DNA of 59,432 bases from a virus (taxonomy: Duplodnaviria; Caudoviricetes): IMG/VR virus record IMGVR_UViG_3300014838_001974, positions 1-59,432 of that record. One strand, given 5' to 3'. How positions within the stretch are numbered: the stretch's first letter is position 1; each line of letters opens with the position of its first letter. The translations under genes were made by a program, and so were the position numbers. Shown here in pieces: positions 1-9,445 of this stretch. The notes beneath the pieces are model-generated. The model had not been told where the DNA came from. It saw only the letters and a list, made by a program, of their open reading frames with translations, and did no database searches.

Positions 1-1056
1 ATGTCACCCCGTCACTACGGTGCTTTGGATTTCTATCGGTTTATCGCCGCGACTGGCGTCGCCGTATTGCATTTCAGCATTTTTGCAAAATATGACGCGT
101 CATACGGATTTGGCGCCGCCGTAGGCAACTTCACGTTTTTCGTCGATTTCTTTTTCATCTTGTCAGGCTTCGTGATCGGATTAACCTATTCCGAATCCGT
201 TTCAGGCGGTGACGGCATCTTCACATACCTGCGGCGGCGCATCGCGCGAATATATCCGCTGCACATCCTCACGCTGAGTTTATTTCTTGTGCCTGGGCTG
301 CTTGGCCTTGGTCATCACCCCGATAAGGCAAACTTATTTCTGATCCTGCAAGAAGTGCTGCTGATGAGGTCATGGCCGCTGCACGCCTCATTGCCCTATA
401 ACTTCCCCTCATGGTCAATCAGCGTCGAATGGTCGATGTATCTGGTCTTCCCGGCAATCATCTTACTGTATCGACGATGCGGATTCCTTGCGCTCGTGGC
501 TTTGATAGTTGCCGACATTGTAATCGTCGGGACCGTTCTCACCGCTGACTACCCGTGGACACTCCTAGACAACCCACTTCGTGCGCTGCCCACCTTCACG
601 ATCGGTGTTCTGATTTCGTGGATACCAATGAAAGCGAGGGTCGCCGGTAGCGAATGGTTGAGCTTCGGCGCCTTCGTATTCTCGGTTGTGCTGATGATCT
701 TTCAAGCGAACACCTTGTTCATCCTCACCGCTTTAGTCACGACCGTCTTTTTTGCTGCGCTGAGCAACAATTCGTTGTTCAACCGGAAGATCTACGCCGA
801 ACTGGGCAACGCGTCATACGCCATCTACATGCTGCATGCGTTCATGCTGACGGTTTTTGTCGACAATGTTTGGCCGCGCTTGTTCGGAGGCCCGGTACCG
901 CTGAGCTATGGCGCAGCAATTATTGCCGTCACGATCGCGGTATCTATTTTTGTGTTTCGATATTTCGAGGTTCCGATGAGGCGCTGGATATCCGGCGGTA
1001 GATTCAAGCTGCCTTCGCCAGCCCCACCGGACTATTATCGTTCGAAGCTGGATTGA
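1..1056 (+). CDS. Acyltransferase-3 family (OafA/Oac-like) membrane O-acyltransferase; probable lysogenic-conversion moron
   Basis: Motifs LDFYRFIAA..V.VLH, VDFFFILSGFVI, RRRIARIYPLH, WSISVEW..Y, LGNASYAIYMLH and YFEVPMRR; about 10 hydrophobic segments; opposite strand to the late genes. Confidence 0.9.
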   Translation: MSPRHYGALDFYRFIAATGVAVLHFSIFAKYDASYGFGAAVGNFTFFVDFFFILSGFVIGLTYSESVSGGDGIFTYLRRRIARIYPLHILTLSLFLVPGLLGLGHHPDKANLFLILQEVLLMRSWPLHASLPYNFPSWSISVEWSMYLVFPAIILLYRRCGFLALVALIVADIVIVGTVLTADYPWTLLDNPLRALPTFTIGVLISWIPMKARVAGSEWLSFGAFVFSVVLMIFQANTLFILTALVTTVFFAALSNNSLFNRKIYAELGNASYAIYMLHAFMLTVFVDNVWPRLFGGPVPLSYGAAIIAVTIAVSIFVFRYFEVPMRRWISGGRFKLPSPAPPDYYRSKLD

Positions 1057-4000
1057 TGTCTCGTTCTAGTAGCCAGTTCTGCTGTGGGCACGCGGGCGGG
1101 ACGATTGGAAGGAATGCCGTCGGACTGCCGCACGGAATAGTTCCGGGCTGGCCGCTGCGCATGTAGTTGTTAGCCGCAGCGGCGATCCATGTCGTGTTCC
1201 AGCCGGATTGCGCGTTCTGCGTCATCGCTTGCGCAATGTAGTGATTGCCCGAGCCGTTCGTCATAGCAACGGGGCCGACATTTGACAGCGTACCGGGAGG
1301 CGCGGAAACCGTGAACGACGTGCCCGAGCCGGACACAACCTGCATGAATTGCGCACAGCCCGTGCAAAATACATAGTCGAAGATCGCAGGAGCGGTCCCG
1401 CTGTTGATCACGAGTGTGCCGCCATCATAGCTGCTACCCGCACCCGGATTGAATGTGCATGGGCTGTTACAGGTCACTGTGCCATTGAAACCGCTGCCGT
1501 TGTTCGCGGCGTCATAGGCTTCGACGTTGGCATTCGGATAAATCGTCGAGCATGGGACGGTTTTGGTGCCGCAATTCATCACCTGCGATGTTGCAAGTGC
1601 CGGGAGATTGGTTCCGGAAAATCCGACATCACTTGTGTTGTTTGAAACGTTCGTCTTGCTCCAATAATAAATATAGTTGCCGCTGCCGTTGTTACCGCTC
1701 GTCTGGGTTTCCCAGATAATGGCGGGAGACCCAGATCCGGAAGTGTTGCTGCCTTGATTAATAAACAGGTTGTTCGGGCCGAACCGGGCAATTGGGGTAT
1801 TGGGATTGTTAGGAAGATTAAACAAGAATGTCTGGCCGCCGTCCCCAACAGGCACCGACCCGCCGATTGCCGCAATAGAAGGATCGCATGTCACAAGCGT
1901 TGTTTTATCCGACGAAATAAATTTTGCTGTTGTTCCGCCCTGTGACCCGCTGATCGTTTGCGGAAAGGCGAAACTCGCACCAACAAACACGTTAGTCCCT
2001 GCCGCGCAGGTAGCGTCCGCCGTGACATACGATGGAATGTTTACCGCAGGCATTGAATTTTCGACAATCGAGAACTTGAACAGAGTGCTTCCGGTTCGGG
2101 CAATGTTAGAGCCGGTTGTTCCTAGATGGGTATCGATGTCGGTCCCGCCCGCACAAAGCCCGCTGCCGTTGGCGGCGTAGACCGGATAGGCGGTCGAGCT
2201 GCCATTAGCGGGATCGGCGCAATACCACGTGTTCAACGAAAGCCCTGCGGGCAACGCGCCGGGTGTCCCTGTGGAATAAATGATGGTAACGCCGGTTCCA
2301 ACGCTGAGACCCGCGCTGGGAGTCCAAGAAGCAATCGACGCACCCGGCTGCGTGGAGCATGTCCCAGCCGTGGTGATACTGTTGATCGTTGTGATGTTGC
2401 CAGCCGAATTTGTCGATGCATTCAACACCGGATTAACCGAACAACCAGCGCCTGCCCATGTGAGGGTCCCGGTGACGGAAGCTCCGTAGCCGCTGCCAGA
2501 ATAATTTACAGCGGGGGCTTGTTTGAACTGGAATGGCTCGTCCTGACTTCTTGCAGAGGCAATGCTTGGCTCCGTCACGATAGCTGGCAAGGCCGCCGAG
2601 ACGGAAGAGACGATGGAGCCAGTAGCAAATTCTCCGGTGACCCCGATGGTCGCGGGACCGTTATCAACAAAAATTCCAGAGATGTTCGCCAGTATGCCGT
2701 AACCGTTTCCAGCCCAAATTTGTATGTTGTCGCCAATCTGAACACCGTTGCCGCGAATGCCAGCAGTAATTGCCGTGCTGAGGTTTACAGAAAATCCATC
2801 TCTTGCGGATGCTATAAAAGCTGTGTTCGGAATCGATCCGGGATTGGAAAGGTTGACAATACCATTACCACTGGCGCTTCCGATAGCCGCCGCTAGAACG
2901 CCGTCTATCGAAAGAACGGTGCCGGAAGTAGCGGCAGCGGTTGCAGTTCTGTTAGCAACAATGTTGTCGTTTGCCTGCTCAACTACATTGTAGGAAATGA
3001 AACAGGGGTTGTCCTGAAGGTTGGCTGCAAGCGCACCTGAATTTTTCCAGAACAAGTTATTTATGGCCGTGCCGCAGTCACGGTACTGGCCATCTGCCGC
3101 ATTATTGAATACCGAGTTTCCGTGAATATAGATCGGAGCCTGCGGGTTGTGCAGATACCATGTGTGATCCAGCGACGTCGCAAAATAAGCCCATACATTT
3201 GGATTCCAAGCGCCAAAGTTCGAAGCATTTTCCTCTATCGTGATCTGGCCGGTGCTGGGGCAAGTCGGGCTGTATGTCGAGAGACAATTTGCAGGTATGA
3301 AGAGATTGGCTGTGTTTTGAGTTGACCCGTTAAATATGCTTCGCCTAAAAAACTGGTTTACGATTGGATAGCCTCCCGCAACAGTGCCGCCGCCAACGGT
3401 GGCAAAAGCCCCATAATCGAATCTATCGTCCTCGATAATTAAAGTGTTGGTCGTGCCGTTCATCGAGACGCCTGCATTTGCATTCCGCGTCTGGATCTGG
3501 ATCTTCATCTGGGTCGCGGTGAATGATGCGTTCGCATTCATCAGAATTGAAGTCTGAGCTGCGGCAATCGTAAAAGCCACGGAACCACCGCTTGAATATG
3601 TTCCAGCAAACGTAGTTCCAGCCAATTCAAGATGAGTGCTATCGTCAACAGCGCTTACCGTCGTCGTGGCGTTACACGCCGTTCCAGTTGCGCCAGCAAT
3701 GCCAGTCACAGCCACTGCCTGACCGATCGCCACGCCGGTCGTGCTGCTGACAGTCAGCTTGCACTGGCCTACGTTGGTCGTTCCGGTGACTGCCCCGGTT
3801 ATAGTCAATGTAAGAGGGGAAAAACTGTTGATGCCGTTTCCGATGATGGAAAAACTTGCGGATGTATAAATCTGCGAAGGTATGCCCGCCCCTGCGTTAA
3901 TATTGCAGATGACATTCGCTGTCCCGCAATTGGCGACGCCCGTATCGGCCGTGAGCGTAGCTCCCTGAAAAAACGGAGAAGCCGGATCATGTACTGCACT

Positions 4001-4639
4001 TTCGCAGTTGAGCCCGACGAAAGCCATGTACTCGCCGTTATGCTGATTTGTTGTCCAGCAAGATATATTGTCAGAAGTGGACTGGCTTATTATCGGACGT
4101 GCTCCGGTCCCACCAGCAATCACCAGCATCAGTTCATTGTTGGAAAGCCCCGACTTTCCCCAATTGTCATTTGACGTCGAGTTAAGACTTCCCGCCCAAG
4201 TATCGCTGCGCTTGAGAACCATCCAGTCTGGCTGGTTATTGCGCATGAGAGCTTGCGCTGCACCCAACGTCGAGCACGAAGTGGTAGCCCAACTACTAAT
4301 GGACGATAATTGGGTGCTGGACGTAATGCCTAACGATGCTGCGGTAACTGCTGTGCAATTCCCCGGAGCACTGCTCGAAACCAGAACTATTTTGGTCCCC
4401 GCCGAAGGCGTGAAAACCGTGTAGCCCGTCACAAGCCCGACGCACCAGTTCTGCCCGACCGGCTGGATGCCGCAGGTGTTGGCGTAAGTCGGAATTGATC
4501 CGTGCATCGCAGCCTGATGCAGCACCGAGACCGAGAACGGCAGCTTGGGTTCACCGATGAAAGGCTTCGCGCTGACGGAACCGAGGCCCGCGCCGATCAA
4601 AACCAGCGATAGAACGAGGAGGCGAACAATGTTCTTCAT
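1004..4639 (-). CDS. Large exported Gly/Ser/Thr/Asn/Cys-rich protein, probably parallel beta-helix (pectin-lyase-like, depolymerase/tailspike-like) with inserted domains
   Basis: Start moved to MKNIVRLLVLSLVLIGAGLGSVSA (signal peptide). VLVSSS...TLGAAQALMRNNQPDWMVLKRSDTW...GTGARPII resembles the cap of beta-helix proteins; Asn-rich repeats follow. Confidence 0.65.
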   Translation of the reverse strand: MKNIVRLLVLSLVLIGAGLGSVSAKPFIGEPKLPFSVSVLHQAAMHGSIPTYANTCGIQPVGQNWCVGLVTGYTVFTPSAGTKIVLVSSSAPGNCTAVTAASLGITSSTQLSSISSWATTSCSTLGAAQALMRNNQPDWMVLKRSDTWAGSLNSTSNDNWGKSGLSNNELMLVIAGGTGARPIISQSTSDNISCWTTNQHNGEYMAFVGLNCESAVHDPASPFFQGATLTADTGVANCGTANVICNINAGAGIPSQIYTSASFSIIGNGINSFSPLTLTITGAVTGTTNVGQCKLTVSSTTGVAIGQAVAVTGIAGATGTACNATTTVSAVDDSTHLELAGTTFAGTYSSGGSVAFTIAAAQTSILMNANASFTATQMKIQIQTRNANAGVSMNGTTNTLIIEDDRFDYGAFATVGGGTVAGGYPIVNQFFRRSIFNGSTQNTANLFIPANCLSTYSPTCPSTGQITIEENASNFGAWNPNVWAYFATSLDHTWYLHNPQAPIYIHGNSVFNNAADGQYRDCGTAINNLFWKNSGALAANLQDNPCFISYNVVEQANDNIVANRTATAAATSGTVLSIDGVLAAAIGSASGNGIVNLSNPGSIPNTAFIASARDGFSVNLSTAITAGIRGNGVQIGDNIQIWAGNGYGILANISGIFVDNGPATIGVTGEFATGSIVSSVSAALPAIVTEPSIASARSQDEPFQFKQAPAVNYSGSGYGASVTGTLTWAGAGCSVNPVLNASTNSAGNITTINSITTAGTCSTQPGASIASWTPSAGLSVGTGVTIIYSTGTPGALPAGLSLNTWYCADPANGSSTAYPVYAANGSGLCAGGTDIDTHLGTTGSNIARTGSTLFKFSIVENSMPAVNIPSYVTADATCAAGTNVFVGASFAFPQTISGSQGGTTAKFISSDKTTLVTCDPSIAAIGGSVPVGDGGQTFLFNLPNNPNTPIARFGPNNLFINQGSNTSGSGSPAIIWETQTSGNNGSGNYIYYWSKTNVSNNTSDVGFSGTNLPALATSQVMNCGTKTVPCSTIYPNANVEAYDAANNGSGFNGTVTCNSPCTFNPGAGSSYDGGTLVINSGTAPAIFDYVFCTGCAQFMQVVSGSGTSFTVSAPPGTLSNVGPVAMTNGSGNHYIAQAMTQNAQSGWNTTWIAAAANNYMRSGQPGTIPCGSPTAFLPIVPPACPQQNWLLERDINPASNDNSPVGLAKAA

Positions 4640-4641
4640 GT

Positions 4642-5784
4642 TCAGCATCCGATACACCGGGACCCGCCGCTGGATGGCGCGCTCACCGTGATCCCGGTGT
4701 TACCACCGAGATCGAATGAGCTCGTCGGCAACAGGGGCCCACCGGTGACCGTGATCTGCTTGAACGCTCCCCATGAGGCCGAAAGCGTGGCTCCGGTCAC
4801 GGCTAACGTTGCCACCGAAGTCGAGTTCGTACTGGAGCCGGACAGCTCGACCAAACCATTTGATGCCCCGGTTATCGTGAGCGCTCCCGTGATTGTATTC
4901 GTCGTGGCGGAAGTCAGCGTGTAACGTCCGGGACCATTGAAAATCAACGTGCCAAATGAATTTGATCCCGTGATCGCGTTTTCTGTGGCATTGGTTCTGC
5001 TGTTGAACTTCACCGTTCCGTAAGTCTTGCCCGCTCCGGCGAAACTCGCGGAGTTTCCAGTAAAGCCGCTGGCATTTATGACAATCGTCCCCGAATTGAA
5101 CGTGGACGACCCGTTGGCGTTCGTCATATCCCACGGTGTAGAACCATTCAAAGTGAGAGTTCCGGAACCCAACGTTATAACAGGAGAGCCCGTGCTGTTG
5201 GCCAAAAGACCGTTGCCGACGGATGAGATATTCAAGTTTTGACCGTTGAAATTCAGGCCACCATTATATGCACCCAACGTTAAAGCTGCGATGGTGGCAT
5301 TGTTCATCGTGGAATCGAGAGCAACGGTTCCGAGCAGCGAATTGGCATCGAACGTAGCCGTATCTGCCGTGCCGGGAGCGGATGATCCCCCGGAACCACA
5401 CGTAGCCGTCGATGACGCCGCCCAGCTGGCTGTATTAGATGCAGTCCATAATCCGCCCGACGCGCAAGCCGGGCCGCCGAATGTGCCCGCACCAAATGTC
5501 GATCCAGCCAGTTCGATGTGCGTGGTGTCGTCCACAGCACTGATCGAAAACGTACCATTACATCCCGTCACCCCGGTGATGCCGACAACAGTCACCGAAG
5601 TTCCGACCAGGAGGCCGCCGCCGACAATGGCAGGCGATATCGTGAGCTTACACTGACCTACGTTGGTCGTTCCGGTGCCCGCTCCCGTCACGGAATATGG
5701 ATTCCAGAAACGTGTCGCCGCCCCCGCCTGCGACGATACCAGCAGCCCCAGCGCGATCAGGGCATATCGGAGATAATTTTTCAT
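4642..5784 (-). CDS. Exported Gly/Thr/Ser-rich beta-solenoid-like protein (virion appendage/adhesin-like)
   Basis: Start moved to MKNYLRYALIALGLLVSSQAGA (signal peptide). TRFW...GGLWTASNTASWA...APGTADTATFDANS followed by autotransporter-like beta repeats. Confidence 0.65.
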   Translation of the reverse strand: MKNYLRYALIALGLLVSSQAGAATRFWNPYSVTGAGTGTTNVGQCKLTISPAIVGGGLLVGTSVTVVGITGVTGCNGTFSISAVDDTTHIELAGSTFGAGTFGGPACASGGLWTASNTASWAASSTATCGSGGSSAPGTADTATFDANSLLGTVALDSTMNNATIAALTLGAYNGGLNFNGQNLNISSVGNGLLANSTGSPVITLGSGTLTLNGSTPWDMTNANGSSTFNSGTIVINASGFTGNSASFAGAGKTYGTVKFNSRTNATENAITGSNSFGTLIFNGPGRYTLTSATTNTITGALTITGASNGLVELSGSSTNSTSVATLAVTGATLSASWGAFKQITVTGGPLLPTSSFDLGGNTGITVSAPSSGGSRCIGC

Positions 5785-5789
5785 TGTGA

Positions 5790-7022
5790 TTAACCCGAGT
5801 AGCCGGATGCCGAGCAGATCACGCTGGCTCCAGTCGTGACGTCCTGCGCATAGAGACCATTGCCCGCCGTGGTCCAGAACAGAGGGTACGCATTGGTGCC
5901 CTGCTCGCCGCCGAAATTGTCTGCAGCGACCAATGTGTCGAGTACAGTCCCGCCGCTGCCGTCTTGAATTTGAACCAGCGTATTGACGGTCGTGCTTGAA
6001 TTGTTGCACTTCACCCGGGTGATGTAGAGCCGCTTGCTCGCGACCGCTGCCACCACCTGGGTGCTCGATGTTCCCGTCATGGCAGCTGAGACGGTGCCGG
6101 AAACAAACGTTTGCCCCAGCGCGAGTGTACCTGGAATTTGCGTTTCGAACGCGGGGTTGGTCGCGCTTAAAGCCGTACCACCCTGCGTCGGTACCACGCC
6201 GTTGCCGTTCACCAGCGATGGCGTCGCATTGAGACCGACACCGCCGATAATGTTCGAGATCGCCTGCGTCGCCAGCGGATTACCCGCCGTCGTGTTGAGC
6301 GTACCGAGAGCGGCATAGACGCCCTTGAGGAGGGCGATGACGGACGCCGAACCCGAACCGCCATAGGCGGCGTCGGCCTTGGCTCCCTGCGTCAGGTCCC
6401 AGCCATCGACGCCGGCGCCGGTCGCGAAAGCCCCTGCGGAAAGCGCACCGGCCGCATAAGATCCGACCGCCGCTGTGATGGCGCCGCCGCCAGTGCCACT
6501 CGACCCGCCGCCAAATCCGGTGCCGTTGCCCGAACCACCCGCCATCAGGATCTGGTTCGATCCTGTGCTTCCGGTCTGATCTATACAGGAGACGTGGTCG
6601 AAACCAGTGACGCCGATATCCTTGACGCTCATCGGCGGCAGGATGACGTTGTTGACGACGCCGGTGGCAGCCCCGCTCGCAAACGTGCACGACACATAGG
6701 CCGAGGTCAGGTTGGCAAATTCAACCGTGCCGGTACTGGTCGGCAGCGCGGTAGATGCCGAGGGCGACGCGGTCGCAGTCAGGGTTCCGAACACGTTGCT
6801 CGGCGTGAACGGGGTCGACGATCCCCCGCTAGATCCTCCACATTGTCCAGCGGTCGTTGCCGGCACCCATTGTCCGCTGCCGTTTTCGCAACCGAACATC
6901 ACCGAACCGACCGAACTCTCTCCGGCTGTCGTTGTCGGCCACTGCGTGGTCGCCAGTGCCGGCGCCGCTGACGCGAGAGCCCAGACACAGCAAGCCGCCG
7001 CCAGATTGCGGATGATCTTCAT
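5790..7022 (-). CDS. Exported structural-type protein (Gly/Thr-rich, two beta-sandwich-like domains)
   Basis: Signal peptide MKIIRNLAAACCVWALASAAPALA; SD-like GGAG upstream; linker QGAKADAAY..SGSASVIALLKG seen in phage structural proteins. Confidence 0.6.
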   Translation of the reverse strand: MKIIRNLAAACCVWALASAAPALATTQWPTTTAGESSVGSVMFGCENGSGQWVPATTAGQCGGSSGGSSTPFTPSNVFGTLTATASPSASTALPTSTGTVEFANLTSAYVSCTFASGAATGVVNNVILPPMSVKDIGVTGFDHVSCIDQTGSTGSNQILMAGGSGNGTGFGGGSSGTGGGAITAAVGSYAAGALSAGAFATGAGVDGWDLTQGAKADAAYGGSGSASVIALLKGVYAALGTLNTTAGNPLATQAISNIIGGVGLNATPSLVNGNGVVPTQGGTALSATNPAFETQIPGTLALGQTFVSGTVSAAMTGTSSTQVVAAVASKRLYITRVKCNNSSTTVNTLVQIQDGSGGTVLDTLVAADNFGGEQGTNAYPLFWTTAGNGLYAQDVTTGASVICSASGYSG

Positions 7023-7056
7023 TTGATTTTCTCCGGTAATTTTTAAGAGAAGGCCG

Positions 7057-7509
7057 TCAGACGCCGCCGGGCGCCACGTAGCAGTAAACGAACCAGGTGC
7101 GGCTCAGGAAGATCACACCATGGCCGCTCGGATTGCGCTGTGGCGTCGGGTCGGTGTCGCCCGCTCCCCATTTGAATTTTTGCGCAGGCACCTCGATCTC
7201 GGTGCCGATCGGGACATGTGGACGCATCCGTGGCGCGTCTGGCCTGTCGTCGGTAATCACGGCATAGACCTTGCCGTTCCTGACGTGAATCTCGTCCGCC
7301 CAATAGGCGTCGGCCTCGCCGCAGCACGATGCGGCCGGTTGATCCGGCTGCCTCAAATTCTGGTACCATTCGCGGATCGCGGGGTCGTTGTTGATGGCCC
7401 CCCATTGCCCGAGATCCCGGGAGTGGCCCAGCTTGACCGTGTAGAGATAACCGCCGATCGCCAGCATCGCGGCGATCGCCAGCAGCAGCCTGCGGTTCTC
7501 GGCGCTCAT
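7057..7509 (-). CDS. Hypothetical phage protein with N-terminal membrane anchor/signal and SCCGEAD motif
   Basis: Hydrophobic N-terminus; translationally coupled (ATGA overlap) to the upstream gene. Confidence 0.7.
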   Translation of the reverse strand: MSAENRRLLLAIAAMLAIGGYLYTVKLGHSRDLGQWGAINNDPAIREWYQNLRQPDQPAASCCGEADAYWADEIHVRNGKVYAVITDDRPDAPRMRPHVPIGTEIEVPAQKFKWGAGDTDPTPQRNPSGHGVIFLSRTWFVYCYVAPGGV

Positions 7510-7838
7510 TGCACGGACACCCGCGCCACGCCGGCACCGACAAAGCCGAGCTCGCGCGCGATGCCGTGGCTGACGTCGATCACGCGGCCGGTCCAGCTCG
7601 CCGGACCGAAATCATTGACGTAGCAGCGCGCGCTGCGCCCGGTCGCCAGCACGGTGACGGTGACCCAGCGCCAATGATGCGTCCGCATCGCACAGGTCGC
7701 GCCCTCGGGGTGAAAGCGCTGCCCGCTCGCGGTCTGGCGGCCGCTCTCGGCGCCGTACCAGGACGCCAGGCCGGATTCGGCCGACGCGGGGATGGCGAGC
7801 GCGCACAGCAACGCCGCCGCGCATGCGGTTTTCAACAT
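7506..7838 (-). CDS. RlpA-like double-psi beta-barrel protein (lytic transglycosylase family), exported
   Basis: GLASWYG..GRQTASGQRF...TCA...VNDFGP...GRVIDVSHGIARELG is the RlpA signature; signal peptide MLKTACAAALLCALAIPASA. Confidence 0.85.
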   Translation of the reverse strand: MLKTACAAALLCALAIPASAESGLASWYGAESGRQTASGQRFHPEGATCAMRTHHWRWVTVTVLATGRSARCYVNDFGPASWTGRVIDVSHGIARELGFVGAGVARVSVQ

Positions 7839-7857
7839 GATGAATGCCTTTCGGTTT

Positions 7858-8208
7858 TCAGTAATGCGGCGGCGGCGTGCCGCCGCCCTTCGACAGCCAG
7901 GTCGCCAGCCAGGTGATGGCCCCGCCGGCGGCCGCCGACAGGAAATGCCCGATCGCGCCCAGCACGCGGCTCTGGCCCAGATGATCGCCGGTGCGGCGAT
8001 TCTCACGCCGCTCCATATCGGTGAGACGATCCCAGAGCCGGCGCTGGTCGTCGCTCAGGCGCTCGTTCTGCTTGCGCAGGTCATTGATCTGGTCGGTCTT
8101 GAGATCGTTGATCTCCTGGCGCAGCAGGTCCTCGATGCGCTTGAATCCGGATTTGATTTCGGACTCGAGCCGGGTGACGCGAGCGTCGACGGCGGCAGCG
8201 TCGGTCAT
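7858..8208 (-). CDS. Coiled-coil protein with C-terminal TM helix (XhlA/holin-like lysis accessory)
   Basis: N-terminal coiled coil (RVTRLESEIK...), one C-terminal hydrophobic helix; located in the lysis region. Confidence 0.55.
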   Translation of the reverse strand: MTDAAAVDARVTRLESEIKSGFKRIEDLLRQEINDLKTDQINDLRKQNERLSDDQRRLWDRLTDMERRENRRTGDHLGQSRVLGAIGHFLSAAAGGAITWLATWLSKGGGTPPPHY

Positions 8209-8212
8209 TGGC

Positions 8213-9211
8213 TTAAAGGCCGACCGCCGAGGCGGCCGCGAGTCCTGCCGCGCCCGTCACGATTCCATTGACGGCCTGCAGCGCGGTGACCTTGAACATT
8301 TGCGCCGTGCCGGCGCAGGCCGTCAGCAGCACACCCTGCGGCGACAGATTGTCGATCAGCTCCGCTATATCCTCGATATCGGTGATCAGCGCGGGGTCGG
8401 GACGTACCAGCGGATTACCGCCGGCGTCCTTCAATCCGTCACCGCTGACCTGATCGGCCGCCGCCGAGATCGCGGTCAAGCACTGCAGCCGGACCTTGCT
8501 GCCGTTGGTGTTGGCGCCCTTTGCCTTGGCGATGGCATAGGTCAGATCGTCCTTGTTGATCTTGGCGATGCGCTTGGACACGCGCTGCACGTCTTCGGAT
8601 ATATTGCCGGTCAACAGTCCGCACAGCCCCAACGGGTCCCATGGCAGCGGGCACGCCTTGGTCGGAGCCGCCGGCGCGGCCGCGTGCGCCTTAGGCTGCG
8701 CGGATGCCGGTGCGGCCGCCATCATGCCGACCACGAACATCGCGAGCAGCACCGCCGCGACCTTGCCGACCTGCACGGTATTGCTCGGCACCGCCGTCGC
8801 CAGCGCCTGGCCGCTCCTGGTGTCGATCGTGGCGACGCCGGCGACCTCCGGCAGCTGATCGGTGATCGCCACCACATTGACCTTCTGGTCGAAGCTGGCG
8901 AGCTTCACCTGGTCGATCATCTTTGGGCTGCCGGCGATGGCGGCCGCCGAGCGGAAGAAGCTCGCGAACGGACCGGACTTGACCGCCGAGTAGGCGATCA
9001 TCGCCAGCGTCGCCAGCGAGGCGATCGAGCCGTAGAGATCCTTCAGGTCGGCGGCGATGTGGTCGACGTCCTGCGTCGCCTCCTTGACCTGGCTGGCGTC
9101 GAGCGCGCCGAAGAACGAGAGCGCCGCGATCGCCGAGCCCGCGCCGACCACCAGATGCGACGCGATCACGGCCGCCTGATGTTTGGTCGGCATCGTCACG
9201 TTGATATTCAT
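8213..9211 (-). CDS. Membrane protein of the lysis region (holin-like N-terminus plus Cys-containing C-terminal domain)
   Basis: Start MNINVTMPTK after an AAGGAG SD; two N-terminal hydrophobic helices and an internal signal-peptide-like helix. Confidence 0.55.
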   Translation of the reverse strand: MNINVTMPTKHQAAVIASHLVVGAGSAIAALSFFGALDASQVKEATQDVDHIAADLKDLYGSIASLATLAMIAYSAVKSGPFASFFRSAAAIAGSPKMIDQVKLASFDQKVNVVAITDQLPEVAGVATIDTRSGQALATAVPSNTVQVGKVAAVLLAMFVVGMMAAAPASAQPKAHAAAPAAPTKACPLPWDPLGLCGLLTGNISEDVQRVSKRIAKINKDDLTYAIAKAKGANTNGSKVRLQCLTAISAAADQVSGDGLKDAGGNPLVRPDPALITDIEDIAELIDNLSPQGVLLTACAGTAQMFKVTALQAVNGIVTGAAGLAAASAVGL

Positions 9212-9246
9212 TTTCCGTCTCCTTGTTTGAAATCGAAAACAGCGGG

Positions 9247-9429
9247 TTACTTCGGCAATTGCACTTCCTTGCATCCGCCGTCGGCCTTGCAATTGTGATA
9301 GGCGGTGATGGCCAGCGCGCCGGCGGAGATGCCGACGCCGGCGACCGCGAGACCGGTGGCGAGGGGAAGCGCCGCGCAGCCGCCCAATGAACAGGCCAGC
9401 ACCAGCGCCAGGACGATCTTCATCTTCAT
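9247..9429 (-). CDS. Small lipoprotein (possible spanin component)
   Basis: MKMKIVLALVLACSLGG-C lipobox; GGGAGAG SD; lysis region. Confidence 0.6.
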   Translation of the reverse strand: MKMKIVLALVLACSLGGCAALPLATGLAVAGVGISAGALAITAYHNCKADGGCKEVQLPK

Positions 9430-9445
9430 CTGAAATCTCTCCCTG

